The notes under the pieces are model-generated. The model was not told the DNA's origin, made no database searches, and worked only from the letters and a program-made list of their open reading frames with translations. The translations under genes were made by a program, and so were the position numbers. DNA of 64,000 nt from a virus. Positions 38,239-48,262 of this stretch are shown piece after piece (position 1 is the first letter of the stretch; every line of letters begins with the position of its first letter). Where the stretch lies: the IMG/VR virus record IMGVR_UViG_3300036859_000689, positions 4,024-68,023 of that record. One strand, given 5' to 3'.

Positions 38239-38864
38239 TTGGAAAAGGTCGCGAGGACCGTGCGAACGTTGGTGGCTGATTGTTTGAAGGCGCCCGCGGG
38301 AATCTTTTCCCACGTGGCAGAAAGGTGACGCAGCGCGGTCTCGCGTTGCGGTGTATCGAGACAGAGCGCGGCCAACACGCCGCCATTCTTCACGAATTTA
38401 AGCGCGTGCAGGATGTGCCGAATGTCCGAACGCATCCGGAAAGGTGGATTCATCGCGACGCGGTCGAATGTCCCAAGCTCGCCCGGCTGACAGGTCAGAA
38501 AATCACGCTGTAGCAGCGTCACGCCGTCGCGGTTCTGCCTGAAAATCTCGGCCGCGCATTGCGCTGCGATCTCGACCGCCACGACCTCGCAGGCCGGCGG
38601 CATCGCGTCCAAAAGTCTACCGAGCCCGCACGACGGTTCCAGGACGCGCATGCGTGGCTCGATTCTCGCCGCGGAAACCAGACGCCGCGCCAATTCTGCG
38701 GGCGTCTGGAAGAGCTGAAACGCCGACACGGCCCGCGGAGCCGTGCCGTTCTCATGACGTGCCTCCATGCTTTCGAAGCGCGGCCGTTGCTCGTCCATCG
38801 CAAAGCCTGCCGCATCGTTCTCCATGCGCAGGCCGTGCAAGCGTCTCAGCGTCTCATCGTTCAT
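38235..38864 (-). CDS. N6-adenine DNA methyltransferase (gamma-type order)
   Basis: LFQTP, VLEPSCGLG, RDFL, MNPPF. Confidence 0.85.
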   Translation of the reverse strand: MNDETLRRLHGLRMENDAAGFAMDEQRPRFESMEARHENGTAPRAVSAFQLFQTPAELARRLVSAARIEPRMRVLEPSCGLGRLLDAMPPACEVVAVEIAAQCAAEIFRQNRDGVTLLQRDFLTCQPGELGTFDRVAMNPPFRMRSDIRHILHALKFVKNGGVLAALCLDTPQRETALRHLSATWEKIPAGAFKQSATNVRTVLATFSK

Positions 38865-40444
38865 TCGGCGACGAGTTCGAACGGTTTCGCGAAGACCGTT
38901 TCGGGAAACGGCTTTTGCGGTTTGTCGGTCAGGATGATGACGGATTCCGGATCGTAACCGGTAATCCGAACCGTGCAGAGCGGAGGACCAAGCCGCGCGG
39001 CTTTGTCCTGCCGGTGCTTGCTCCACATGTTCGACTCTTCGTCATGCAGTTCGCCACCGGGACCGATTCCGCGCGTTCCTGCCCGTGCATAACTGCCTTT
39101 TGATTTCGCGGAGTAAATTGCCTGCGTTGTCCTGATGATCTCCGCGGGTTTGAACGTGTGAAACTGCGACTCGCCATGCCGGCGTCTGAATACGGAAAGC
39201 GCGTGCGCGTTTATCGCGTCTTGCAATTTTTGCGCGTCCTCGTCGGTCGGATTGATGAGCGGGCAAGGCGCATCCTTTGGCCGCGCTGCCTTCTCGGCTT
39301 TCATCGCGGCTTTGAATGCTTCCAGCTCCTCGACCGTTGGCGCCCGGTAACTATCCGCGCGCATGCGTTCAACATTCACCAAGACGGGCACCGGCACGCC
39401 CTCGCGACCGTAGGCGCGAGACGTTCCCATAACCTCGACCGAAACCACGCGACCCGTCGCCGGCGATTTCGTGACCTTGCGAATCTGACTCGAACCCATG
39501 AAGCCGCCGGGGATCATCTCCACAAATGCCGCACGACCGCCCGCGGCCTCGATCATCTGCCCCTCGTAGGCCAGCCGCAAATTGTAGTGGTTCACCCAGT
39601 CGGCGAGCCGCGTTTGATTCCACATCTCGGAATCGGGCGACGTCCGGCAACCCAGATACATCGCCGCAGCCTCGGCGCCCGTCAGCCGGTCCACCGCATC
39701 GGCGCGCAAAAAATCGTAGAGACTGCCCTTTTTTCCCGTGCGCGGGTGCGTGTATTCGGCGGAGCTATAGCCTTGAAAACCTGAAAACGTCCAAGCGGTT
39801 TCCGTCTGCTTCGCGGCGTCCTCGATCTTCGCGATTTTCTCCCACATCCGCCAACGCTCGACCAATTCGGCGCGCTGCTTCTCAACTTTGCGGAGTTCGG
39901 CCTCGATTGTTTTGATGCGACCGAAGCGGACACCGGGCGCGCTCCGGTAAAGCGCGTGAGAGATCACGCCCGCGGTGCGGCGCTGCCAGTATTCGGCCTT
40001 TCCCCAAGCGTCGCCGGCGCGATCGGCAATCCGATCGTGACGAGCTGCCGCGCGATCGGCGCGCTGTTGAGATTGGAAACCGTGCACCGTTGGGCCGGCG
40101 TCGTAGCGGTCCGCGGATCCCGTCGCCTCGTCGGTGCGCTTGTCGCGATAACCGCTGAAGCGTTCCGCGCGATCTGCGGCACGTTCGGCCGGGCCTTGGT
40201 CCTCGTCGCCAATATAGCCGCCACTGTAGCGCAAAGCTGTGTCTCGGCGTTCAGGCGTCCAGACCGCCGCGAAATCGCCGCCGCCGTTCTCGCGTTGTTT
40301 GTGCAAGGCCTGCCAGCCCTCTTTGCGCAAGGCGTCATATTCGGGACGCGGAACGCGGCCAATATACAGCCGCAGCTTGTTATCCTCGGGGCAATAAGTC
40401 GCCTCCCCGATGGGTTCGGGATTCGTTTCGTTTTCGGTGCTCAT
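38861..40444 (-). CDS. DUF3560-like protein
   Basis: ATYCPEDNKLRLY, ERAADRAERF, KAEYWQRR, RIKTIEAELRK, WVNHYNLRLAYE. Confidence 0.7.
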   Translation of the reverse strand: MSTENETNPEPIGEATYCPEDNKLRLYIGRVPRPEYDALRKEGWQALHKQRENGGGDFAAVWTPERRDTALRYSGGYIGDEDQGPAERAADRAERFSGYRDKRTDEATGSADRYDAGPTVHGFQSQQRADRAAARHDRIADRAGDAWGKAEYWQRRTAGVISHALYRSAPGVRFGRIKTIEAELRKVEKQRAELVERWRMWEKIAKIEDAAKQTETAWTFSGFQGYSSAEYTHPRTGKKGSLYDFLRADAVDRLTGAEAAAMYLGCRTSPDSEMWNQTRLADWVNHYNLRLAYEGQMIEAAGGRAAFVEMIPGGFMGSSQIRKVTKSPATGRVVSVEVMGTSRAYGREGVPVPVLVNVERMRADSYRAPTVEELEAFKAAMKAEKAARPKDAPCPLINPTDEDAQKLQDAINAHALSVFRRRHGESQFHTFKPAEIIRTTQAIYSAKSKGSYARAGTRGIGPGGELHDEESNMWSKHRQDKAARLGPPLCTVRITGYDPESVIILTDKPQKPFPETVFAKPFELVAE

Positions 40445-41370
40445 AATTCTGGGTTTGATTGACTGACTGAAATTTTGCCACGCGACACACTAGGGCGAAG
40501 CTCGACGCTTCCCATTTGCAGCCCGTGCATGACGTAGACGTGACCGCGCGAAAGGGTTTTCCTGATCTCGTTTTTGAGCGTCCGGCGCGAATGGAACGCG
40601 CCAACATTCGCCCGGAAAAAGTCGCCGAGTTCACAGCGCGCGATCTCCACGCCGGTCTGATGGCTGACGATGATGACCGGGCAACTCATGTTTTTTCGCT
40701 CCTGAGTTTCGCCAAATAGGCCGCACAGTCGCGCGCGTTCTCGGCGTCGTAGTGATGAAAACGGCGGACAGCGTGCCGCATGGCCGCGCGTGCGTTCGCG
40801 TGCTCGGTTTTCGTGCCGTCATCCATCACGACGAAGCCCGGCGAGCCGTCGGCGAAAACGCATTTGACCCAGTCAACCGAGATTTCAAACGCGCGCGACT
40901 TGGTGACGGTCTCCCATTCGGTGCACTGAAAAACCGCGATGTTATAGGAGCTCATCGGCGCAAAATCCTTTCCGCCTTTTGCTCGCGCGTTCCGCCCTCG
41001 TCGCTTTCCAGCTCGTAGCGGGCGCAAATGCGCGCGAGTTCGTGCGCGTGTCCGATCTCGCAGGAGCGGCGAAGCGTCGCGCGGTTGCGTGCGTCGCGTT
41101 TCTGATCTTCGGCCGCGTGAAATTCGCAGCGGCTCCGACCGATCAGCGCGACGCAGTCGAGGCACGCGCCGCGGTCGTCATAGCGTGGCGCGTTCACGGG
41201 TTCACCTCTTCCGGGTGCGCGGTGTGCCATGCTTCCAAAAATTCCGCATCCGCGACCGCCTCGGCGTCGCTGTGATCCATGGAGCAGCAAAGCGACGCGA
41301 CGCGCTCGCGATAGGCGGCGGATTTGGTGTGCTGAACAAATTCGTGCCAGTATTTCGGGCGCGTGCTCAT
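40441..41370 (-). CDS. Four small early hypothetical genes (40441-40689, 40686-40955, 40952-41197, 41194-41370)
   Basis: Chain of ATGA/GTGA overlaps. Confidence 0.5.
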
Positions 41371-41834
41371 AAGTAACCCCCCGCGCGAAAGGAGAAGAAA
41401 CCGCGGCCCAAAGGATCGGCTTTAGCGTCGCCGATTATCACGTGATCTAAAAAATGAATGTCCACCGTGCGCGCCGCCTCTTTTAGCTGGCGGGTGATCT
41501 GCATATCGGCCGCGCTCGGCGTTGGGTCGCCGCTGGGATGGTTGTGCACGCAGACAATCGCCGCGGCACAGTGGAGAATCGCCGCGCGGAAAACCTCGCG
41601 CGGATGGGCAAGGGCTGCGGTCGCAGTTCCGACCGTCACGCACTGGCGCCCAAGGCAAACGTTTTTCCGGTTGAGGAGGAGAACCCAAAAACTTTCCGCC
41701 TGCGGGTTGAAATCGAACGCGCCGCGCATGTAGGCCGCGACCTCGTGAGGCTGGCCCGCGCGCGTTAGCTCGTCCGATTGAAACATGTCCTCCTGAACCA
41801 CATCGAAGCGCAAAGAGACGTTATAGCGTTTCAC
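41367..41834 (-). CDS. radC: RadC-like JAB domain protein
   Basis: ESFWVLLLN, HPREVF, VHNHPSGDPTPSAAD, LDHVII. Confidence 0.92.
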   Translation of the reverse strand: MKRYNVSLRFDVVQEDMFQSDELTRAGQPHEVAAYMRGAFDFNPQAESFWVLLLNRKNVCLGRQCVTVGTATAALAHPREVFRAAILHCAAAIVCVHNHPSGDPTPSAADMQITRQLKEAARTVDIHFLDHVIIGDAKADPLGRGFFSFRAGGYL

Positions 41835-42118
41835 GCGGCACACTCCCGGCTCTGGGGTTGGCTGTCGGAGTTCGTCAGCGCCGCCACGACGGCACGCCGC
41901 GCGGTCAGTTTCTCGCGCTCTTCTTTTTCCTCACGGCTCAGGAAAGCCGCGACGATTCGCACGCTGTCCAGTATTTCGCAATACTCGGCAAAATCGATTT
42001 GGTGATGATAACAGCCGGGCGCCGAGACGTTCCGGAGAGCTTCCAAGCGAGCGACAACGCGCGACACAATACGGTCGAGCGTCTCGCGTTCTGGCGAATT
42101 TTTTTGCGGGTTGTTCAT
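41831..42118 (-). CDS. Hypothetical protein, first gene of leftward arm
   Basis: GTGA overlap with radC. Confidence 0.55.
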   Translation of the reverse strand: MNNPQKNSPERETLDRIVSRVVARLEALRNVSAPGCYHHQIDFAEYCEILDSVRIVAAFLSREEKEEREKLTARRAVVAALTNSDSQPQSRECAA

Positions 42119-42430
42119 AGGTGAAAAACGGCGTTAACCGTGCGCCTCTTCTGCGCGCCTCTCGTTTCCATGTCAAAACATTGTTGCACGCCTGAAACAC
42201 GCGCCACGCTTCCAACTCTGCAAAAACCACTTGCGCTTTTCTTTGTCTCAGGTCCGAAACTCTCCGCACCTTGGTTTCGGACCGCTTCCGCGCGCCTCAG
42301 TCTCGCAACCTCTCAGCTCCCCGCCACACTCTCACCCGCTCCGCCGCTCCTCCCCCGGTTAGAAGTTGACACCGAGTCGCAGAACCCAAACACAGCCGGA
42401 GCCTCGCGCGTGCGCGCGTGTCGTGCATCA

Positions 42431-42832
42431 ATGACTTCCGAACTTGCTCAGCTCCCCGCGTCGGTCTGGAAAGAGGTTGCCGCCGCTCTCATGCGGTCGC
42501 CTGGATTCGCTCAACAAATTGCCGATGTTCTGATTGACGCACTGAGCGCCGAGGGCGTGCACTTCGTCAAGGGTGACGGCCCCGGCTCAGGATGGCAAAA
42601 GCACTCCGATTTCCGGACGCGTCTGGATGCCGTGAAGCTGATTCTTGCATATGCCGAGGGGATGCCATTGCAGCGCATTTTTGAGCACAAAATCAGCGAG
42701 ACCCGCGGCAACCTGGCCGACGTGCTCCGCGAATCGCCGGAGACCCTGGAAGCGGTCGAGCGCGAGATCGCAAAAGCGAAGTTTCGACACCGTCACGACG
42801 TCAAACAAGTCGTCGAAATCGAGCCGCCGTAA
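42431..42832 (+). CDS. Possible terminase small subunit-like helical protein
   Basis: RTRLDAVKLILAYAEGMPLQRI resembles TerS oligomerisation helices; start uncertain. Confidence 0.4.
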   Translation: MTSELAQLPASVWKEVAAALMRSPGFAQQIADVLIDALSAEGVHFVKGDGPGSGWQKHSDFRTRLDAVKLILAYAEGMPLQRIFEHKISETRGNLADVLRESPETLEAVEREIAKAKFRHRHDVKQVVEIEPP

Positions 42833-42904
42833 GTCGTTGCTGTTGGTGGCTGTTTTGGCCCGTTCTCAATTCCCTATTGAGACCGCGCGCGTAAGTCGTT
42901 GCTG
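42828..42904. repeat. 15-bp direct repeat CGTAAGTCGTTGCTG x2 (IHF-site-like)
   Basis: Copies at 42828-42842 and 42890-42904; reverse strand CAGCAACGACTTA versus IHF consensus WATCAANNNNTTR. Confidence 0.7.
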
Positions 42905-42913
42905 CTCCAACGC

Positions 42914-42941
42914 TCGGCGCACACTTGTCATTATGTTAAGT
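42914..42941 (+). other. dif-like XerC/XerD recombination site
   Basis: TCGGCGCACAC-TTGTCA-TTATGTTAAGT versus E. coli dif GGTGCGCATAA-TGTATA-TTATGTTAAAT. Confidence 0.7.
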
Positions 42942-43237
42942 TGACCCCTTTTTTCGGGTCGCCGGCCGCATCGATCACAGCGAAGCGCGAGCCGGCCGCG
43001 GCGCTGGCGGTGATGAGCCCGCACCCTTCCCGCGGTGCGCTCTCGTGGTGGCATTCGCTGTGGAGAGTCGAGCCCGCGAGAAAGTGGGAAGCGAAACAGA
43101 AAGCGAAACGCGATCGAGCCGCCGAACCCCCCGGACCCCCACCAGCCAAAAACGACCGGAGCAGGTGGCCGAGACGCCGGCGGCAAACGAAGTGGATCCT
43201 GTGCTTTGTCTGCTTTCCTCCTGCTCGAGACCAGCCG

Positions 43238-43421
43238 GGGACCAGCGTGGTTTTTGGGTCCCATGTGTACCGGTTCTGTACCTGGGTTACGGACTAGGAC
43301 CATAACCAGTCCGAAACCTATGTCCCCTGACCCGAACCGGTGAGGGCATGTAGTCTGCCGGTCCCGATGGTCCCGACCAGTCGGGAAGGGATGGGGGGGT
43401 ATCTTTCGATACCCCCATCCC
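43238..43421. other. Candidate replication origin: short GGTCC/GGACC repeats plus palindrome
   Basis: GGTCCCGA tandem and related motifs; inverted repeat GGGATGGGGGGGTATC-TTTC-GATACCCCCATCCC at 43388-43421. Confidence 0.45.
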
Positions 43422-43474
43422 GCCCGTGACGACTGACCGACCGGTGCGGTAGGGACGCAGAGAATGGGGAGGAA

Positions 43475-44260
43475 GTGAAAAAAATAAGCGTTGACGGGTG
43501 GTCGGTCTGGGTTTTATCCGTCCCGCATATGGAAAGAGATACCTGCGCGATTTGCCGGTTCTGGACCGGGAAAGAGGGCGACTCGGATGCCGTCGGCGAA
43601 TGTCGGCGGCTTGCCCCCCAGCAGGTCGCGGGATTTCAACGGCCGTGGCCTGTGACCCAGGCGGACGATTGGTGCCATCTGCTTTCGAGCCGGGCGGGCA
43701 TTCCGGGCGGGCGGGGCGCCAAGCTGACCAACCAGGAGGTCGTCGACTACATGAACCAGCATCCCGATTTTGATCGGGAGGATCTGATCTCAAAACTCGA
43801 GGACAGTGGTCTCCCGGAACCGTTGGCGCTGCGAAAAATCGAACGGCTCTTTGCGTTGGGGCTGCTCGTGGAGGTCGATGGGAAACTCCGCATCGGCGAC
43901 GGCAAGCCGCTCCCGAAAAAGAAAACCGCCGGCGCCGAGCCGGAAGCTGGGGAGCCCGACGACCAGACGACCAGCGAATCCGCGCAGGTTGGGCCCGGCC
44001 GGAGACCACCATCTCCAGGTCCGCGGGTCCGCCACTCGCTCGATCGCTACCTGCCGATTCTTCGGATGATGGCCCGGCCGGACAGCCCGAAAGGGTTCAA
44101 CGAAATGTTCAACGAGTGCTGCGGAACCGTCGGGATGATTGGCAAAGGGACGTTCTCAAACCTGATCGCCGCGGCACTGCAGGAAGGAAAAATTTTCCGA
44201 TACGACACCGGCCAGTTCCAGGGCAAATACTACATCGACGACGACATCACCCCGCCGTGA
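43475..44260 (+). CDS. Cys-motif plus winged-helix DNA-binding protein
   Basis: CAICRFW...ECRRLAP...DWC; C-terminal domain similar to helicase C-terminus; GGAGGA SD. Confidence 0.65.
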   Translation: MKKISVDGWSVWVLSVPHMERDTCAICRFWTGKEGDSDAVGECRRLAPQQVAGFQRPWPVTQADDWCHLLSSRAGIPGGRGAKLTNQEVVDYMNQHPDFDREDLISKLEDSGLPEPLALRKIERLFALGLLVEVDGKLRIGDGKPLPKKKTAGAEPEAGEPDDQTTSESAQVGPGRRPPSPGPRVRHSLDRYLPILRMMARPDSPKGFNEMFNECCGTVGMIGKGTFSNLIAAALQEGKIFRYDTGQFQGKYYIDDDITPP

Positions 44261-45768
44261 GCACGCCACAAACCAAACCCGAGAATTGCACGGACGCCGA
44301 GTGGCAGGAGATTCTCGCGTCCGCGGATCACGACGCGCGCGAAAAATGGTACGGGAAAAGTCTCCCGGATTCCTTCCGCGACGGAGAGATCCGCCTCGAG
44401 AGAAAATTCGTGCCGGCGCCGAAGCCCGCGGAGCTGACGGGCCCGATGTCGCAGGCGTGGGATTATTTGGTGAACCGGAACGGCGTTTGCGAGACCTCGC
44501 AGTTCGATGACGACTTCCATCCGATCGGCGCGGTGTTGCGCGTGAACCTCGTAAGATACGGCGTGCAGCACAGCACGTCCGGAAAAATCACCATCGTTTT
44601 TCTGCCCGAGAAAGGCGACCTGTGAGCGAGACCTGAGTTATGCCAACTCCAAACACGAACGATGACCCGATCGGGATTTCGGAACCCACCATGCCGCCGC
44701 CCGCGGTCCTCTACGTCTCGCTCGCCGATCGCATCCGGATCCTGAGCCCCGACGGGATGATGTCGAACGAGATGTCGCGCGCCGACTGGTACGCGCTGCC
44801 GGAAAAAATCCGCGACCTCGAATGGAAACTCGAGGACGCGAAACGCGAGTTGAACCGCGTGCGGCCGTCTGACTTCATCCCCGAGGCGCTGGCTAAAATC
44901 GACGCGCGGATTTCCCAACTCATCCTTGCCGGCGACTGGCCCCGCGCGGAGGCCTTGGGCGCGGTGGTGGGAATGCTGCGCAGTTACACGGGCGCGAAAT
45001 AAAGGTCGGCCATGCAGTACCTTTTCATCGGCGGCAATTCGGACGGCGAGGAGCTGATGGTTGACACCGGCAAGACCGCCTGGCGGGTGGCGGACAAACC
45101 CGTGCGATCGCTTTCGCTCGATACCCTTTCGAATGAGCCGCGGGGATCGTGTCTCTACACCAAGCGCGTGATTGTCATTGGCCGCTACGAGGGCAGGGAG
45201 TATTATTTCGCATCGGTGGATCTGACCGACGAGCAGGCCAACAAAAGATATTTGGAGTGCACGCGATGAAGTGCATCGCGCGAGTTCCGAACAAGTGGTT
45301 TCACTTCCAGGAAGGACATACCGGCGCCGACCACCAGTGTCCGAACAAAGCGAAGCGCGACGGCTACTGCCACCGGCATCATCCGTCGAATCTCCTCCCC
45401 ATCCACCAGGCGAAATTCGACCGGCTGTCCCGGCAACTCGAGGAGACGAAAGCGCGGATTGAAAAAATTCGCGCCGAGCAGGAGTCTGCAGGTGAAGGCA
45501 TCAATCCGTCATGAGAATGCGTTTCCACATGTGCCAGTCGGTCCGCGGCGCCTTGGCGAATTGGCACGGCCGGCAATGGAACGACGCGACCGACTGGATT
45601 ACGCGCACCGACGGGACCAAGTTCGCGAACGGCGAAGAACTCGAGCACCGTTTTCAGGAGTTGCTTGACCAAGGCATCGAAAAAATTCCGTGCGGGGACG
45701 ACTGCGACAACTTCGACCCGAAGGAGGGTTGCCGCGGGCATCCGATTCCGGAGGATCCGACGCCGTGA
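44257..45768 (+). CDS. Five small hypothetical genes (44257-44625, 44640-45002, 45012-45269, 45266-45514, 45511-45768)
   Basis: Packed ORFs with overlaps; Cys/His motifs in the last two. Confidence 0.6.
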
Positions 45769-46184
45769 GAGAGATCAACCGGTTCGCGAGAAAACAGGCC
45801 TGGACGTTCCGGGGCAAAGGACCGAACGGCCGCAATCTCTGCTTCTGCGGATGCGATCGCGAGGTCGTGCCGCCGCGGCGATCGTGTTTTTCCGATGAGT
45901 GTCTCGCCTGGTATACTAGCCATTCGAGTCCGGATCACATCCGCGGCAAGGTTTACGATCGAGACAAAGGCGTGTGTGCGCACTGCGGGAAAAAGGATTG
46001 TTCCTGGGAAGCCGATCACATCATCCCGGTTATCGAAGGCGGAGGCGGCTGCGATTTCACCGGCTACCGGACGCTCTGTCTGTCGTGCCACAAAAAGGAA
46101 ACGGCCGCGCTGGCTGCACGTCGCGCCGCTAAGCGAAGGGAAGCGTTGACAAAGGCCAGTCCACAACTGGAGTGGACATCATGA
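45765..46184 (+). CDS. HNH endonuclease
   Basis: RDKGVCAHC, WEADHIIPVIEGGG, TLCLSCH. Confidence 0.85.
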   Translation: MREINRFARKQAWTFRGKGPNGRNLCFCGCDREVVPPRRSCFSDECLAWYTSHSSPDHIRGKVYDRDKGVCAHCGKKDCSWEADHIIPVIEGGGGCDFTGYRTLCLSCHKKETAALAARRAAKRREALTKASPQLEWTS

Positions 46185-46390
46185 CAGCGACTCAAAAAAC
46201 TCCAGTTGAGCCTTTCTGGAAACGCGGGCTCTGCATGTCATGCGCGCCGCTCGTCTACATGCAGCGTCGTTTCGATGTCCCTCCGTCTCGCGCTTTTTCT
46301 CACCAGCGATATACCTGCGTGGAATGCGGCAAGGTATGCAGTGAACCAATTGAGGCCTACGAGCCCCACCCTTCGCCGAAACTCCAATGA
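46181..46390 (+). CDS. Small Zn-finger protein
   Basis: CMSC...CVEC. Confidence 0.5.
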   Translation: MTATQKTPVEPFWKRGLCMSCAPLVYMQRRFDVPPSRAFSHQRYTCVECGKVCSEPIEAYEPHPSPKLQ

Positions 46391-47073
46391 ACACCTTCGA
46401 ACCGCGACACGTTGATTTGTCGACGCGACTCCAGGGCGGCTTTGGCTGCGTGGAATTCGAGGACGCCATCATCGAGATCGTGAAGTACCTCGCCGACGAC
46501 TCCCGGAACGCCGGCATTGGGGAATGGTGTCACGGCAACGGGCCGAACGGCTGGGGAAAGAAGCTCCGTATCGACACGATCCCGGCCGTGTCGCCGACGA
46601 TGTTCGCGATGTTGTGCGGCGCCGGATGGCTGGAAAATTGTTGGTTCCCGAAAGGCGCGTTCGTCGTCACCAAAGCGTTGATCGAACGACTGGAAAAAAA
46701 ATTTGCAGCTGGCGAGATGCGCTCGCAGGCGGTCACTGAGGGGAAACTGAATGAAATAATCACGACGCCCTCGTCGGAAACTAAGGCAGCCCCCCGGACA
46801 AGCGAAGTCTTCGCGGAAAGAAAGCCGCGCGCCGGCCTCCCGGCGGGTAAAATCCCGCCTGCAAATATCGTTCGCGAAACGAAAGTTGGTTCGAAGATTC
46901 GAATCTGCCACGACGCGCTCCGCGGCGACTGGCAGCGCGCGCCTCACATTCTCGACGGCCCGTATATCGGCAGCAACGAGCTCACGGTCGCGCGATTTCT
47001 GTTCGAGCATGGAAAATGGTGGGCGGTGACCGAGGGCGGCGGATATTTCAAAAGCTGGATCCTTGTTCGATGA
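46387..47073 (+). CDS. Hypothetical protein
   Basis: 228 aa, ATGA overlaps. Confidence 0.6.
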   Translation: MNTFEPRHVDLSTRLQGGFGCVEFEDAIIEIVKYLADDSRNAGIGEWCHGNGPNGWGKKLRIDTIPAVSPTMFAMLCGAGWLENCWFPKGAFVVTKALIERLEKKFAAGEMRSQAVTEGKLNEIITTPSSETKAAPRTSEVFAERKPRAGLPAGKIPPANIVRETKVGSKIRICHDALRGDWQRAPHILDGPYIGSNELTVARFLFEHGKWWAVTEGGGYFKSWILVR

Positions 47074-48260
47074 AGCATCCGACGCTCATCCGCGGCGATT
47101 GCTTCGAAGAACTGCCGAAACTCGAGGCGAACTCCGCGCACTCGTTCGTCTGCGACCCGCCGTATGGGATTCGCTTCATGGGGAAAGCGTGGGATGGAGC
47201 CGACATCGCGAAGCGGACCGACGAACGCCGGCAGTTCAGCGTCGATCCCGACCCGAAATCAGGCACGACCGGCGGACATCGCAGCGTGGCCGCGGAGGCG
47301 GGAAAATATCGACGGGACATCACGGCCGCGCGCGCCTTTCAGGAATTTTCCCGGCTGTGGGCCTTGGAGTCCTTCCGGGTTTTGCGTCCTGGCGGCTACC
47401 TCGTCGCGTTCGCGTCGACGCGGACCTATCACCGGATGGTTTGCGGCATCGAGGAAGCCGGTTTCGAGATTCGCGATCAGCTCGGCTGGATGTTCGGCAG
47501 CGGTTTTCCGAAATCGAAGAACGTGCACGGCCGCGGGACCGCCCTGAAACCCGCCTGGGAACCGATCGTGCTCGCCCGGAAGCCGATCGAGGGAAACGTC
47601 GAAGAGAATTTCGCAAAATGGGGGACCGGGATGCTGTCGATCGACGAATGCCGGATCCCATTCGAGTCGCCGGCCGATCAGTTGGAGGCGATGGCGAAAA
47701 ACCGGCACGAAGATTTCGGTTCGGGCTCGCGGCAGACGCACGGAATTTACGGGGAGGAGAAGCGCGATCGCAAAAACTACATCGCGGCCGGGCGCTGGCC
47801 CCCGAATATCATGCACGATGGGTCCGCGGAGGCGGCTGAGATCCTCGGTTCATCGCAGCGATTCTTTTATTGCGCGAAAGCCTCGGCGGCGGACCGCGAT
47901 GCGGGTCTCGAGTGGGAGCAGTTGCGGCCGATGGCGCGCAGCAACGGAGCTCAGTCGGCACTTTCCGATGACGAAAGCTATTCGGGCGGTTCGACGGACA
48001 TCGGGCTCAACAAAGTGCAGATGCGCGCGAACTCGCATCCGACCGTCAAGCCGACGAGCCTGATGCGATGGCTTGTCCGGCTCGTGACGCCGGCGGGGGG
48101 ACGCGTCGTCGATCCGATGATGGGCAGCGGGTCGACCGGACGTGCCTGCCAGCTCGAGGACTTCGAATTTTTCGGCATCGAACTCGAGGTCGATTACTTC
48201 AATTTCGCGCGCCGGAGAGTGGACGAAGCCACCGGCGAACTGTTCGCGCGACAAGGCTGA
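47070..48260 (+). CDS. DNA N6-A/N4-C methyltransferase (beta class)
   Basis: GDC, CDPPY, GSGFPKS, HPTVKP, DPMMGSGSTG. Confidence 0.93.
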   Translation: MKHPTLIRGDCFEELPKLEANSAHSFVCDPPYGIRFMGKAWDGADIAKRTDERRQFSVDPDPKSGTTGGHRSVAAEAGKYRRDITAARAFQEFSRLWALESFRVLRPGGYLVAFASTRTYHRMVCGIEEAGFEIRDQLGWMFGSGFPKSKNVHGRGTALKPAWEPIVLARKPIEGNVEENFAKWGTGMLSIDECRIPFESPADQLEAMAKNRHEDFGSGSRQTHGIYGEEKRDRKNYIAAGRWPPNIMHDGSAEAAEILGSSQRFFYCAKASAADRDAGLEWEQLRPMARSNGAQSALSDDESYSGGSTDIGLNKVQMRANSHPTVKPTSLMRWLVRLVTPAGGRVVDPMMGSGSTGRACQLEDFEFFGIELEVDYFNFARRRVDEATGELFARQG

Positions 48261-48262
48261 CC

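Noticed and set aside
42866-43343. Several overlapping ORFs in the hub region
   Set aside because: Low-complexity products in all frames; region better explained as cis-acting sites
45765-46184. HNH gene as intron-borne homing endonuclease or restriction partner
   Set aside because: Free-standing, interrupts no gene, and is not adjacent to the methylase
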